DNA from: a virus
Lineage: Duplodnaviria > Caudoviricetes
Strand: one strand, 5' to 3'
DNA: 64,000 bases
Virus record (IMG/VR): IMGVR_UViG_3300035034_000127
Span: 1-64,000 of that record
The position numbers were made by a program, and so were the translations under genes. The notes beneath the pieces were generated by a model. The model worked only from the letters and a program-made list of their open reading frames with translations. It was not told the origin of the DNA and made no database searches. This document shows, in pieces, positions 17,093-25,949 of this stretch (position 1 is its first letter; the number at the start of each line of letters is the position of its first letter).

Positions 17093-17778
17093 ACGTTGAG
17101 TTTGTTCTCCTCTAAGAATTGTTGGTACAGCCAGTCATAATCGTTTATCTTTCCTAGCTCATTATTAAACTGATAAACAGTGCCGTATTTGCGGCCAGCG
17201 GCGGCTCCTCTAAGAGCATAGTCTCCAAACATTGCTCCTCTGCCACTTGTGCACCAAACATCAAGGCGTTGTTTAGTTTCTTCGTCTATTTGTCCTCTTA
17301 TAGTGTTGCTTGCTAGTTTAGCACACTCTCTAAATGCGCTTCTCCATGTTGCAAACGCATCTGTATTAAAACTGGTTATATTTGATATATCTGGCATTGC
17401 TTTAAAATTGGTTGAAATACTGGTAGTCACGTCATGGCTGTCAAAATCCATATTTAAAGTGAGCCTGCGCGGCAGTAACTTTACGCCTCCGTAGCCGTAT
17501 TCTAATCCGTTAATAGGATTAATGCTGCGCCAAACATGCACTGTGTCTAGGGAATACTCATCTACTTTATATTCAAAAGAAAAATCGTCAGCTAGCTGCG
17601 CGTCAGCATCGACTACCCAAAACATCTTAGTAAAGCACTGTTTAGCTGCTTTGATGTGAGCTTGGTGAATTCCTTTAACTCCGTCTACCCGTTTAGCTGC
17701 CGGGAATCTGCGTTTAAGAGATTCCCAGTTTTCTTCTGCGTTAATTTCATTGTAGCTTATAAAAATTATATCATACAT
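17089..17778 (-). CDS. Putative GT-A fold glycosyltransferase
   Basis: DIIFISY, GVKG...AH, WVVDAD (DxD), GGVKL, WRSAFRE. Confidence 0.7.
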   Translation of the reverse strand: MYDIIFISYNEINAEENWESLKRRFPAAKRVDGVKGIHQAHIKAAKQCFTKMFWVVDADAQLADDFSFEYKVDEYSLDTVHVWRSINPINGLEYGYGGVKLLPRRLTLNMDFDSHDVTTSISTNFKAMPDISNITSFNTDAFATWRSAFRECAKLASNTIRGQIDEETKQRLDVWCTSGRGAMFGDYALRGAAAGRKYGTVYQFNNELGKINDYDWLYQQFLEENKLNV

Positions 17779-17783
17779 AATAT

Positions 17784-17812
17784 ATTGTACTACTTTTTAT
17801 TAAATATGTCAA
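17784..17812 (-). promoter_or_regulatory. Sigma70-type promoter TTGACA-17-TACAAT
   Basis: Plus-strand TGTCAA 17807-17812 and ATTGTA 17784-17789, 17-bp spacer, filling the intergenic gap. Confidence 0.8.
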
Positions 17813-19030
17813 TTACTTAGTATTACCATAATGAATAACTGTGCTTACACTGGATGTTATTTTACGCCAAGGATCGACTATAATACTAAAAGGAGGTATT
17901 GAACAGTACAGTTCATCTACTGACTGTTTACCTGTATACTCGTAAGTAACCGAAGCAGAGTGTGCCATTAAGAATACGCCTGGTTCTGTAGGTTGATAAT
18001 CATCACCAGTGTACGGATCTATATACGTGGGCAGAAATCCTGCTTTTTCACAATAATATCCAACCAGTAAACTGTAACTTCCGTCAACGTACGGAACCCT
18101 TGGCTTATACGCTTTTCCATGGATGTATATGGGCATATTGTGTTGTTTAGCTTGCTCAACTAATACTTTTGCTAGATTCTCTGCCTGGGTCTCCCTTGAC
18201 TGCATAACGGCACCAAACAGATCGTACCCTAGATCTAGCTTTTCTGCCAAATAGCGTAGAGCAATGTTATCTCTTGGGTGACAACCACCACCGTCGCCCA
18301 TTCCTGCTGTCATGTACTGTTTGCCCATAATGCGCATATCAGACTCAGCTAATGCTTTAGTCACAACATCAACGTCAATATTGCCTTGCTTTTGCGCAAC
18401 GTCTTGTATCATATTCACTAACCCAATCTTAGTTGATATAAAGGTATTGTAAAACACTTTGATGCACTCGCACTCGTCCCAAGTACCGACAACATAACGA
18501 GGATCGTTCTTCATGATAGTTTTATAGAACTCTATTAGTTCGTTAGCATCACCTGTCTCGTTGCCGTCACAAGTACCTATCATTACCATCTCTGGATTTA
18601 CCATATCCCACTTAACGCTGCCCATAGCAATAAGATACGGGTTGTAAACAAATCTAGTGTTGTCTACTAACTCAACAAACTCTCTTCTTGTAGTGCCCGG
18701 AAGAACAGTTGATACGAGAACTAGTAATTGGTTCTCATTCATATACTGGTTTGCTTCTGCTAACACAACTTTGACTATATCATAAGAAAAGTCTTTTGGC
18801 GTTAAATGCGCAGTCGGAATACTGCCGTCGTAGTCTGGGTCGTGTGGTGTCGGCACTGCCACAAATACAATATCTGTGTCCTCTACACATTCTTTAATCG
18901 AGTCTACTATATAAACTGTGTCGCTTGCGCAATGCGCAACGTCATATCCTTTAACACAGTGTCCGTTGCTTGACATTACTTCAGCGCAGGGCATGCCTAA
19001 TTTACCTGTACCTATAAATCCTATGTTCAT
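17813..19030 (-). CDS. ugd: UDP-glucose/GDP-mannose 6-dehydrogenase family protein
   Basis: GFIGTGKLG Rossmann motif, FVAVPTP, STVLPGT, YNP, KVFYNTF (catalytic Lys), GGGCHPRD (catalytic Cys). Confidence 0.9.
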   Translation of the reverse strand: MNIGFIGTGKLGMPCAEVMSSNGHCVKGYDVAHCASDTVYIVDSIKECVEDTDIVFVAVPTPHDPDYDGSIPTAHLTPKDFSYDIVKVVLAEANQYMNENQLLVLVSTVLPGTTRREFVELVDNTRFVYNPYLIAMGSVKWDMVNPEMVMIGTCDGNETGDANELIEFYKTIMKNDPRYVVGTWDECECIKVFYNTFISTKIGLVNMIQDVAQKQGNIDVDVVTKALAESDMRIMGKQYMTAGMGDGGGCHPRDNIALRYLAEKLDLGYDLFGAVMQSRETQAENLAKVLVEQAKQHNMPIYIHGKAYKPRVPYVDGSYSLLVGYYCEKAGFLPTYIDPYTGDDYQPTEPGVFLMAHSASVTYEYTGKQSVDELYCSIPPFSIIVDPWRKITSSVSTVIHYGNTK

Positions 19031-19051
19031 CGTAGCTCCTGTTAGTTAATT

Positions 19052-19057
19052 TATTTA
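19052..19057 (-). promoter_or_regulatory. Late-promoter motif TAAATA upstream of the dehydrogenase
   Basis: GTAAATA in a 29-bp gap followed by AGGAG RBS. Confidence 0.55.
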
Positions 19058-19059
19058 CT

Positions 19060-20343
19060 CTACCCGTTGCAATGTTTCATTAATATCGGCACTAGCTGTG
19101 ATTCGGTACACCTTGCGGGAGAGTTTTTAACCAAATACGCATTGTGTAATAGATCTTCTGTCATATCATACAGCATATTAGCCCATTGCTCTGCCGGTAT
19201 TGCTTGAAGCCTATCAAATTCTGCTAACACCATCCTTAGGCGTTTAACATCATCTGGCTCACTATCATAGCTGTGATCAATGTAAGTGTCAAAAGTATTG
19301 TAGCCAAACTCTTTTAGAAATTTAATATTATTCATGGGACCGCACTGAATAAAAGGCTGTAGCATAGCACACGATTTTAATGTCTTTTCTGTTAAGAACG
19401 GATACGGTGCATTAGGTGAGTGTGTTTCTGTTACTAACTGGAAGCTAGAATTAAGTCCGTGTATCCATCCAGTAGTAGGAGCTAGATTTACTTGAAGATC
19501 AGCTTCTTTTTCTTTGATACTAGGGTATATATCTCCTGCTGTTTCTAGTATCTTAAACTGATTTTCGTACTCAGGAAAATAGCTTCTCCAATTAAACCAC
19601 CGAGACTCTTTTGGAATTTTAGAAAACGTCCCTAAGCTAAACAACGTCTGGTCTTCGTACTTCTTGTTCATTATGTGCGCTACTATCACAGTACGATGTT
19701 GACGAGGTAGTCTGTTATAGCATAAAGATTTATATGGCATTATCGACTTACGTAATATCAACGACAACTTTTCTTGAATGTATTCGTTATGATTGTCTAA
19801 GTTAACAAAGTCAAAAAGATCATACCCAGTAACAACATTGTATCTTTTATTTGTTAATGCATCGTCTGATAACAATCTTCCTGTACTTCCAAACGACGAT
19901 GACCCTGTAAGTAAAGTGACATTATCTGGGGTTGTATTAAGAGTTTGCAATAACTTTGCTGTATCAGTCCCCCATTGTTCATTAAGTTGCTCACATTCGG
20001 TAGAAAAGTCAATTATCCAATGCACTCGTCCTTTTCTATTATCTTTCTTAACACGCAGTGGCATTGGATATCTAGATAGTTTTAGACGACTATCTCTGTG
20101 AAATGCAAACATTGGGTTGTAAGCCTTATCAAGTATATCTCTGTACACACTTATATAAATTATGTATTTTTCTCCAGGTACAATTTCATCTAGGGTCTTG
20201 TGATCGCACAGGCCAAATTTATCATAAAGAGCATTCCATCTGTTCATATCAAAACTGTGCGACCAGTTGGAATGCTTGTGAGGCAATCCTGCCAGTAACT
20301 TGTGTTTGTGCTTTGTTACTAGTATATTAATTCTTTTATTCAT
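19060..20343 (-). CDS. Putative glycosyltransferase (GT-B-like; C-terminal motif reminiscent of GT10)
   Basis: YNRLPRQHR ... LVTET...FLTEKTLK...PFI..G...GY.TF...DHSYD; the E..(F/Y).TEK pattern recalls GT10 donor-binding motifs. Confidence 0.45.
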   Translation of the reverse strand: MNKRINILVTKHKHKLLAGLPHKHSNWSHSFDMNRWNALYDKFGLCDHKTLDEIVPGEKYIIYISVYRDILDKAYNPMFAFHRDSRLKLSRYPMPLRVKKDNRKGRVHWIIDFSTECEQLNEQWGTDTAKLLQTLNTTPDNVTLLTGSSSFGSTGRLLSDDALTNKRYNVVTGYDLFDFVNLDNHNEYIQEKLSLILRKSIMPYKSLCYNRLPRQHRTVIVAHIMNKKYEDQTLFSLGTFSKIPKESRWFNWRSYFPEYENQFKILETAGDIYPSIKEKEADLQVNLAPTTGWIHGLNSSFQLVTETHSPNAPYPFLTEKTLKSCAMLQPFIQCGPMNNIKFLKEFGYNTFDTYIDHSYDSEPDDVKRLRMVLAEFDRLQAIPAEQWANMLYDMTEDLLHNAYLVKNSPARCTESQLVPILMKHCNG

Positions 20344-21242
20344 ACGCTCCTTCTAATAATTCGCGGAGTGTTCTCGTAAACTTGCTTAAAGAATGCCGAA
20401 CCCATTGAGTCAAGGGCTGCAATTTCGAGACCTGCGTTGACACGTAATACCGTGCCAAGTTCTTGCATTTTTTCATCAACGCAGGTCTCGGTCATGCCTT
20501 TGTACTTTTCGTTCCATAAACTTGTCAGGTACTCAAAATCTCTCACCTGATTGTGATCCCAGTCAGTGCAAGCTGTTAGGTAACATCCCTCGCGGGCCCC
20601 TAACATACTCCAGAGCCCGTTTTTTACATCTGCTCCCACATTACACCAAATTAATAATCGTTGATAGTTCTGCCACCACACGTCTTTAATGTTATTAGCC
20701 TTTACTCCTTGATCAAGACTCATTTTTACACCTTCACGAAATCCAGCGCGCCAGGCCTGGAAAGGACTAGAACAAATGAAGCTAGTACTGTAGTTTTCAT
20801 TAAACTGGTAATATCTATGATCAAAACAAAAATCAACTGCGCCGTCGGCGTCATCTACTTCTGCTGCTTCGTGCGTCCTCATGTTTTCAACAAACTTCTT
20901 GGTCCACAATTTGAGACCGCCGTTGCCGTACATTAATCCATTGACTGAAATCTTGCCGCACCAACTAAACACGTGATCTTGGGTCAGTTCTAACTTGTCT
21001 AAATCTATTTGCACTTGAAGGAACGCTGGGTCAACAATGTTGTCAGCGTCTACAGTAACAAAATACTCAGTCTCTGACAGTGCTGCACACGCTTTATGGG
21101 CTGCGTCACTGCCTTTAACACCGTGTACGCGCTTGGACCACGGTACCTTAGAACACAGGTCTGCGTAATTCTTCTCTGCGTTTGGCTCGTCGTAAGAGAG
21201 GAAGATTATATCACACTCTACTACGTTAATCACGCTTGACAT
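20340..21242 (-). CDS. Putative GT-A glycosyltransferase (paralogue of 17089-17778)
   Basis: DIIFLSYDEPNA, RVHGVKG..AH, TVDAD, YGNGGLKL, AWRAGFRE. Confidence 0.7.
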   Translation of the reverse strand: MSSVINVVECDIIFLSYDEPNAEKNYADLCSKVPWSKRVHGVKGSDAAHKACAALSETEYFVTVDADNIVDPAFLQVQIDLDKLELTQDHVFSWCGKISVNGLMYGNGGLKLWTKKFVENMRTHEAAEVDDADGAVDFCFDHRYYQFNENYSTSFICSSPFQAWRAGFREGVKMSLDQGVKANNIKDVWWQNYQRLLIWCNVGADVKNGLWSMLGAREGCYLTACTDWDHNQVRDFEYLTSLWNEKYKGMTETCVDEKMQELGTVLRVNAGLEIAALDSMGSAFFKQVYENTPRIIRRSV

Positions 21243-21856
21243 TAAATTTCCTCTATTGAATATGTTTCAAAAAACTTAGTTGTATATATGCTGATGTTTT
21301 TTAACTTGGTATTATAACGAAATAGCGCAGTTAGGTCTAGGTAGTCGTTGGTCAAAAGGTCTTGTAGGTTAACTGAAAAGTGTTCATGCAGAATATTAGG
21401 ATCGTTATTTGCAGTTATACTAAAGTTCAAACTCAGTTTGGCACATTGATGCAGTAAGACTTTATCTAATCGTAGACTGTTGCTAGCTGATAATCTTAGA
21501 ATGTTGTTGTTTATGTCCTTAACGAATTTTATATCAGCAGGTTTGTTAGTAATTGGAATTTGATACAATTGCTGTCTGATGTCTGCTGATTGATGTTTAC
21601 GTACTACTTCGTTAAGAGCTATTCGTTTTAACGTGGCGTTGAATGCTACAAAAAACTCACTAAATTGTCTTTTTCCTAGCTTTAGCTCTTTTACTTCGCT
21701 GTAATCGACTTCCAGTACCTCGTAGTCTTCTACTTTAGATTGCCTATTAGCAATCTTAACAATTTCCCCTGTCTCTTGTACATAGTGAACGTAACCTTTT
21801 ATATTATTTGAAGTTTCTACTGTCATTTGATTAACTAGGTCTGTAAAATTAGACAT
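21242..21856 (-). CDS. Hypothetical protein
   Basis: 204-aa ORF translationally coupled on both sides; no motif recognised. Confidence 0.7.
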   Translation of the reverse strand: MSNFTDLVNQMTVETSNNIKGYVHYVQETGEIVKIANRQSKVEDYEVLEVDYSEVKELKLGKRQFSEFFVAFNATLKRIALNEVVRKHQSADIRQQLYQIPITNKPADIKFVKDINNNILRLSASNSLRLDKVLLHQCAKLSLNFSITANNDPNILHEHFSVNLQDLLTNDYLDLTALFRYNTKLKNISIYTTKFFETYSIEEI

Positions 21857-22700
21857 TTAGGTATCTCCTATACGTGTCAAGTACTGAGTTTTCTTTCACA
21901 AAGCTGTTTTCAGTATAGTGAAATATGCCTGTCTGCAAGTAGTTTCCTATCTTTAGCTCACAGTTATCGTTAATATAAGTTCCTACAGATTCCTGCCAGC
22001 TTGTCTGTACACTTTTCCAGTCCTGTGCGTGGGGTTTCATGTGAGTGAAACATGGGAACTTAGCAACCTTATTAGTAATATTACTTTCGCAGGCAAGTAT
22101 CTTTGTAACAATTGCTGCACATACGTCTACGCTGTAATGCTGTGGACTACTACTGTCCTTGTTTGCATATAATTCATAAAACTTCTCCCAATTGTATGTT
22201 ACAAATTCCAACCATCTATAAAACTCATGAGCAAAGTCACATTTCTTAAAATAATGAAACCCACTATATATATTTGGCAAATCGTTAATTACAAAAGTTT
22301 TTCTATAAACACTGCTGGTTACTAATTCGTTTCTGTACGTATGAACCGCACTAGTAAAGTACAGATCGTAGTTGTTAAGAAAAGTTACCCAGTTAGATAT
22401 ATCCTGTAGTACCAACATATCTGTATCCATTACAATAGTTCTTTCGTAAGGTGTAGAGTGATATATCTTCCAGCGGTTTTCTACCTTCCATTCTTTATTA
22501 GCAGCATGGTCGCCAAACGGAATAGGTATTATTTTATCAAACAGTGGTTGATACTCCTGCGGCACTGTGTCGTTAGTAACCAAGCTTACAGGGAGAGAAG
22601 GATTTGTCACGCTAACGCTCATTGCCAAAAGACAAGCTTGCTGTACGTAATCGTCATTGGCGTTATTTTGAGCAAGTACTACTATTCCGGTATTATCCAT
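21849..22700 (-). CDS. Putative GT8-like glycosyltransferase
   Basis: Y..QA.LLA.S...TPYERTIVMDTDML (DxD) ... FTHMK. Confidence 0.72.
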   Translation of the reverse strand: MDNTGIVVLAQNNANDDYVQQACLLAMSVSVTNPSLPVSLVTNDTVPQEYQPLFDKIIPIPFGDHAANKEWKVENRWKIYHSTPYERTIVMDTDMLVLQDISNWVTFLNNYDLYFTSAVHTYRNELVTSSVYRKTFVINDLPNIYSGFHYFKKCDFAHEFYRWLEFVTYNWEKFYELYANKDSSSPQHYSVDVCAAIVTKILACESNITNKVAKFPCFTHMKPHAQDWKSVQTSWQESVGTYINDNCELKIGNYLQTGIFHYTENSFVKENSVLDTYRRYLNV

Positions 22701-23544
22701 TTGTTACCTTGTCTATTGCTCTATTCAAACTGAGCTTGTTCATTACATGGACAGTTTGTCCTTGTGTTTTTATTGGGGTATATTCTCCAAGTCGATGTTT
22801 CTTTTCAACAAGAAACATCATCTCGTCGTCTTGTAGTCGCCAAAGAATGTCTTTATCTGTGACATAAAGTATTTTTCCCGGCATACTCGCAGTAAAATTA
22901 CCCTTCTGAAAGCCGTTCATAATGTGTATAGCGATACTAAAAGCAAAGTCATTTCTGAACATAGTAGTTGAGAGTTGGTAAACTTTAACATAGTGTGTCC
23001 AATTATCTTGAACATGCTTTACTAGATCAAAGAAAGTACTGTTGATCTCATTTTTTCTAAAGAAAATACATGTAGCCCAGTAAAACTCTACGCCGCAATC
23101 GCTTATATATTCAAATTCCGACACATCTCGGACGTTTCCTAGGTCGTGTGATTCTTTATATATTAAAAAGTCACGAGACGACGTAAAACAATTTTTGTAT
23201 ATGTCATTACAAATAACAATATCGGTGTCTAACAACAAAGTTTCTGAGTAAGGACTTAGGGCATAAGCATCTGACCGCCGTCTATTGTTGAAGCTGGCAG
23301 AAGCATGAGCCATTGCTCCGTCAAAGTAAAGTCTACTATTTTCATCACTGTATTTTTCTAGTGAAATTACGTGATCAAAGGTATCAGGAAAGTTATCGTT
23401 GAGATAGCGGGGGCTGTCTGTTACAATACTTGTAGGAAGATCTAAATAATATTTTACTCTGTCTGCCAAGAAAGCAGCCTGCTTGACATAGTCAATGTGA
23501 CCGTTGTTTCTAGCAAAGACCAAGACACCTCTAGTCTTTGTCAT
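22693..23544 (-). CDS. Putative GT8-like glycosyltransferase (tandem paralogue)
   Basis: FARNN...DYVKQA...SPYSETLLLDTDIV ... FRNDFAF ... VHVMNK. Confidence 0.72.
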   Translation of the reverse strand: MTKTRGVLVFARNNGHIDYVKQAAFLADRVKYYLDLPTSIVTDSPRYLNDNFPDTFDHVISLEKYSDENSRLYFDGAMAHASASFNNRRRSDAYALSPYSETLLLDTDIVICNDIYKNCFTSSRDFLIYKESHDLGNVRDVSEFEYISDCGVEFYWATCIFFRKNEINSTFFDLVKHVQDNWTHYVKVYQLSTTMFRNDFAFSIAIHIMNGFQKGNFTASMPGKILYVTDKDILWRLQDDEMMFLVEKKHRLGEYTPIKTQGQTVHVMNKLSLNRAIDKVTNG

Positions 23545-23887
23545 AATTGACCAACTTTGCTGGACTTCGGTTTTTCTTTAGCTGCTCGTATTGTGTGTGA
23601 TAACTGTTTGATGCACTAAAGTATACATCGAGAATACTGTCGTAGAAATCAGTAAGATCGTCTATTGATGCAGGTGTGTCGTTGTCGTCTACAAGTACGA
23701 CCGTATCATTGCCTTTATCTACTAACATATTTACAAATGTTATTAGCTCACTGGAAACAGTAAACTGACTTCCTTTATAAAAGTAGAGTAACTCTTCGTG
23801 ATAGTTTTCTTTAAGTAGTCTTTTCTGGTTGGTTAACGTAACCATGTAATTAGAAAAGTCTAGTGCTTTTTCTAGTCGCTCGTCCAT
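23531..23887 (-). CDS. Hypothetical protein (118 aa)
   Basis: AGGAG RBS (plus CTCCT 23894-23898), first gene behind a consensus sigma70 promoter. Confidence 0.75.
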   Translation of the reverse strand: MDERLEKALDFSNYMVTLTNQKRLLKENYHEELLYFYKGSQFTVSSELITFVNMLVDKGNDTVVLVDDNDTPASIDDLTDFYDSILDVYFSASNSYHTQYEQLKKNRSPAKLVNYDKD

Positions 23888-23910
23888 CAAAATCTCCTAT
23901 ATGTTACACA

Positions 23911-23939
23911 ATTATATAGTAGTTTAACATTCTTGTCAA
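23911..23939 (-). promoter_or_regulatory. Perfect sigma70 promoter TTGACA-17-TATAAT
   Basis: Plus-strand TGTCAA 23934-23939 and ATTATA 23911-23916. Confidence 0.88.
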
Positions 23940-23951
23940 GGAGAGTTTTGG

Positions 23952-24968
23952 TTATAATCCAGAGATTAGAGTTCCTACTATAGCACCGTCATAGCTCACA
24001 GTATCCGTAACTACTCCATTGATAGTAGCACTACCGTCTGGAATTAGGACTGACACGTTGCTCGAAAAGTCCCCAAACACTGCTTCGTCAATAGGAGTAT
24101 CTGGTGGCGGAGATGACACTGCGTTGCCATCAACAAATAACACTCGAACTCTTACAGTAGTGTCATTAAGTGACAGGGCTTGTATTGTATAGTAATTATT
24201 AACGTAAGCATTAGAAAATGCATAAAAGTACAATTGCTGATAGGATCCAGTAAGGGAGTAATTGCCAACACTGGTGTTTTTATTGGTATAGAATGCTGTA
24301 GTATTACCAATAAAACTGCGATTGCCTGCTATACTATAAGCATCTAAGTCGTTCATCCTGTTGGCCCAATCAACTGATTTAGCTTGACTACCTGAATAGT
24401 TCACATCAGCATCTACTCGAATTTCGCCTCCTGCGTTAAAAAAGTGTCTTCTATCAGCAGCATTCTCAAAAGATACATCAAATATGTGAATTAGCTGTCC
24501 GTCCCATGTTCCTCTAACAGACTGATCGTAAACAGATGAAATCGAATTACTAAACTGATCGAACACTAACGAAGTACTGGCTTGTGATGCGGCATCAATA
24601 CTGAACCTGTCAGTCTCAACGTTGCTTGCTAGAGTTTCTAATAATTGTATGTAGGACTCGTCGATAATATCAGCGCCTGGATTGTTGTTAATATCTCCTT
24701 CGGGATAAGGTAAAATTGTAACGTTGCCGGAACCTAATTGATGAATACGAGATCGTATCAAGTCAAAGTATATCTCTTCGTATTCTTGTACAGATATCTT
24801 ATTGGTGTCTGTGTTATTGTCTTCGAAGTTGCCGACTACATCACTAGTAGAAATAAAGTCGCCATAACCGTACGTAGGAGTTAAAGGAGAAGATACTCCT
24901 AGTACTAGGTTTACTGTATCTCTAAGGGCATTATATCTTGCTGCTGTTACTGGTGTCGTGGTTGCCAT
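23952..24968 (-). CDS. Putative virion structural (tail-associated) protein
   Basis: In structural module; VTAAR, VLG...GYG, RRHFFNAGGEIR; Ser/Thr/Asn-rich. Confidence 0.65.
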   Translation of the reverse strand: MATTTPVTAARYNALRDTVNLVLGVSSPLTPTYGYGDFISTSDVVGNFEDNNTDTNKISVQEYEEIYFDLIRSRIHQLGSGNVTILPYPEGDINNNPGADIIDESYIQLLETLASNVETDRFSIDAASQASTSLVFDQFSNSISSVYDQSVRGTWDGQLIHIFDVSFENAADRRHFFNAGGEIRVDADVNYSGSQAKSVDWANRMNDLDAYSIAGNRSFIGNTTAFYTNKNTSVGNYSLTGSYQQLYFYAFSNAYVNNYYTIQALSLNDTTVRVRVLFVDGNAVSSPPPDTPIDEAVFGDFSSNVSVLIPDGSATINGVVTDTVSYDGAIVGTLISGL

Positions 24969-25013
24969 AATATTGTCTCTTGTATTGTTATAATTATACT
25001 ATCAGAAACAAAT

Positions 25014-25940
25014 TTATGCAAGAGTTGATTGATTGGAAAAACTAGGACCTGCAACTGATACATTAATGCTATTTGCTCGTAGTTGATTAACACTGCTTTC
25101 TAATTTACCGTCGACATTATCGTCTATGTTTCCTACGAAAGCTGCGTCGTTAAACTGTATTTTGAATAGAATAACGTTAGGATTTGCCTCAGGTTGCGTT
25201 GCTTGAATTGTGTAGATGTTCGAAGAGTAAATACCTGACCCAGTCTTGCTGTATATTCCTTGATAATTGTCTGTTAATTGATAATTACCAATGGCAGCCG
25301 CGGCGCCCGAACCAGTAGTCACTGTGCTATTACTTTTAAATTTTACAGTACCCATATTCGATAATAAATTTACCCAGTCAGCTCCTTTGCTGCCCGACGA
25401 ACTAGTAAGATTGGCACTAAACCGAATTTCGCCGCCTGTATTAAAAAAATAACGTCGTTCATTAGCATCGGCAAATGTTACTTGTACTTCGTGTGTTATT
25501 GTCCCGTTCCACGGAGATTCTCGTCGATCAGAAATACCTGTTTCTAGCTCAGCCTGAGTCGGTACATCTATTAAAGCTTTTTCTGTTTCAATTACGGACA
25601 TTAGGTTTTCGTAGTCAACCATACCTTTTAACGAGCCATTTACATCAGACGTTGTTACTCCGTCGTCATCAACAAAAAAGCTAGCATCTTCAGCTACAAT
25701 ATTTCTGTCTTTTATTAGCAAAGCAATCATCGTGCTAGTAATTCCTACTTGATGTGCTCTTGCATTAATCATATCTCTATATATACTGTTGATATCTTCA
25801 GCAAGTATAAAGTTGTTCTGGTTGCTTACCGGAGCACTTTCGACCAGTTGCCCGTAACCAAACTGTCCTGCGCCTTCTCCTAATACTAGTTTAATGCGTT
25901 CGTGTAAGTTTGTTACTCTTGCTGCTGTAACGTTTGCCAT
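25014..25940 (-). CDS. Putative virion structural protein (paralogue of 23952-24968)
   Basis: VTAAR, VLG...GYG, RRYFFNTGGEIR, K..DW. Confidence 0.65.
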   Translation of the reverse strand: MANVTAARVTNLHERIKLVLGEGAGQFGYGQLVESAPVSNQNNFILAEDINSIYRDMINARAHQVGITSTMIALLIKDRNIVAEDASFFVDDDGVTTSDVNGSLKGMVDYENLMSVIETEKALIDVPTQAELETGISDRRESPWNGTITHEVQVTFADANERRYFFNTGGEIRFSANLTSSSGSKGADWVNLLSNMGTVKFKSNSTVTTGSGAAAAIGNYQLTDNYQGIYSKTGSGIYSSNIYTIQATQPEANPNVILFKIQFNDAAFVGNIDDNVDGKLESSVNQLRANSINVSVAGPSFSNQSTLA

Positions 25941-25949
25941 GCTGGATCC

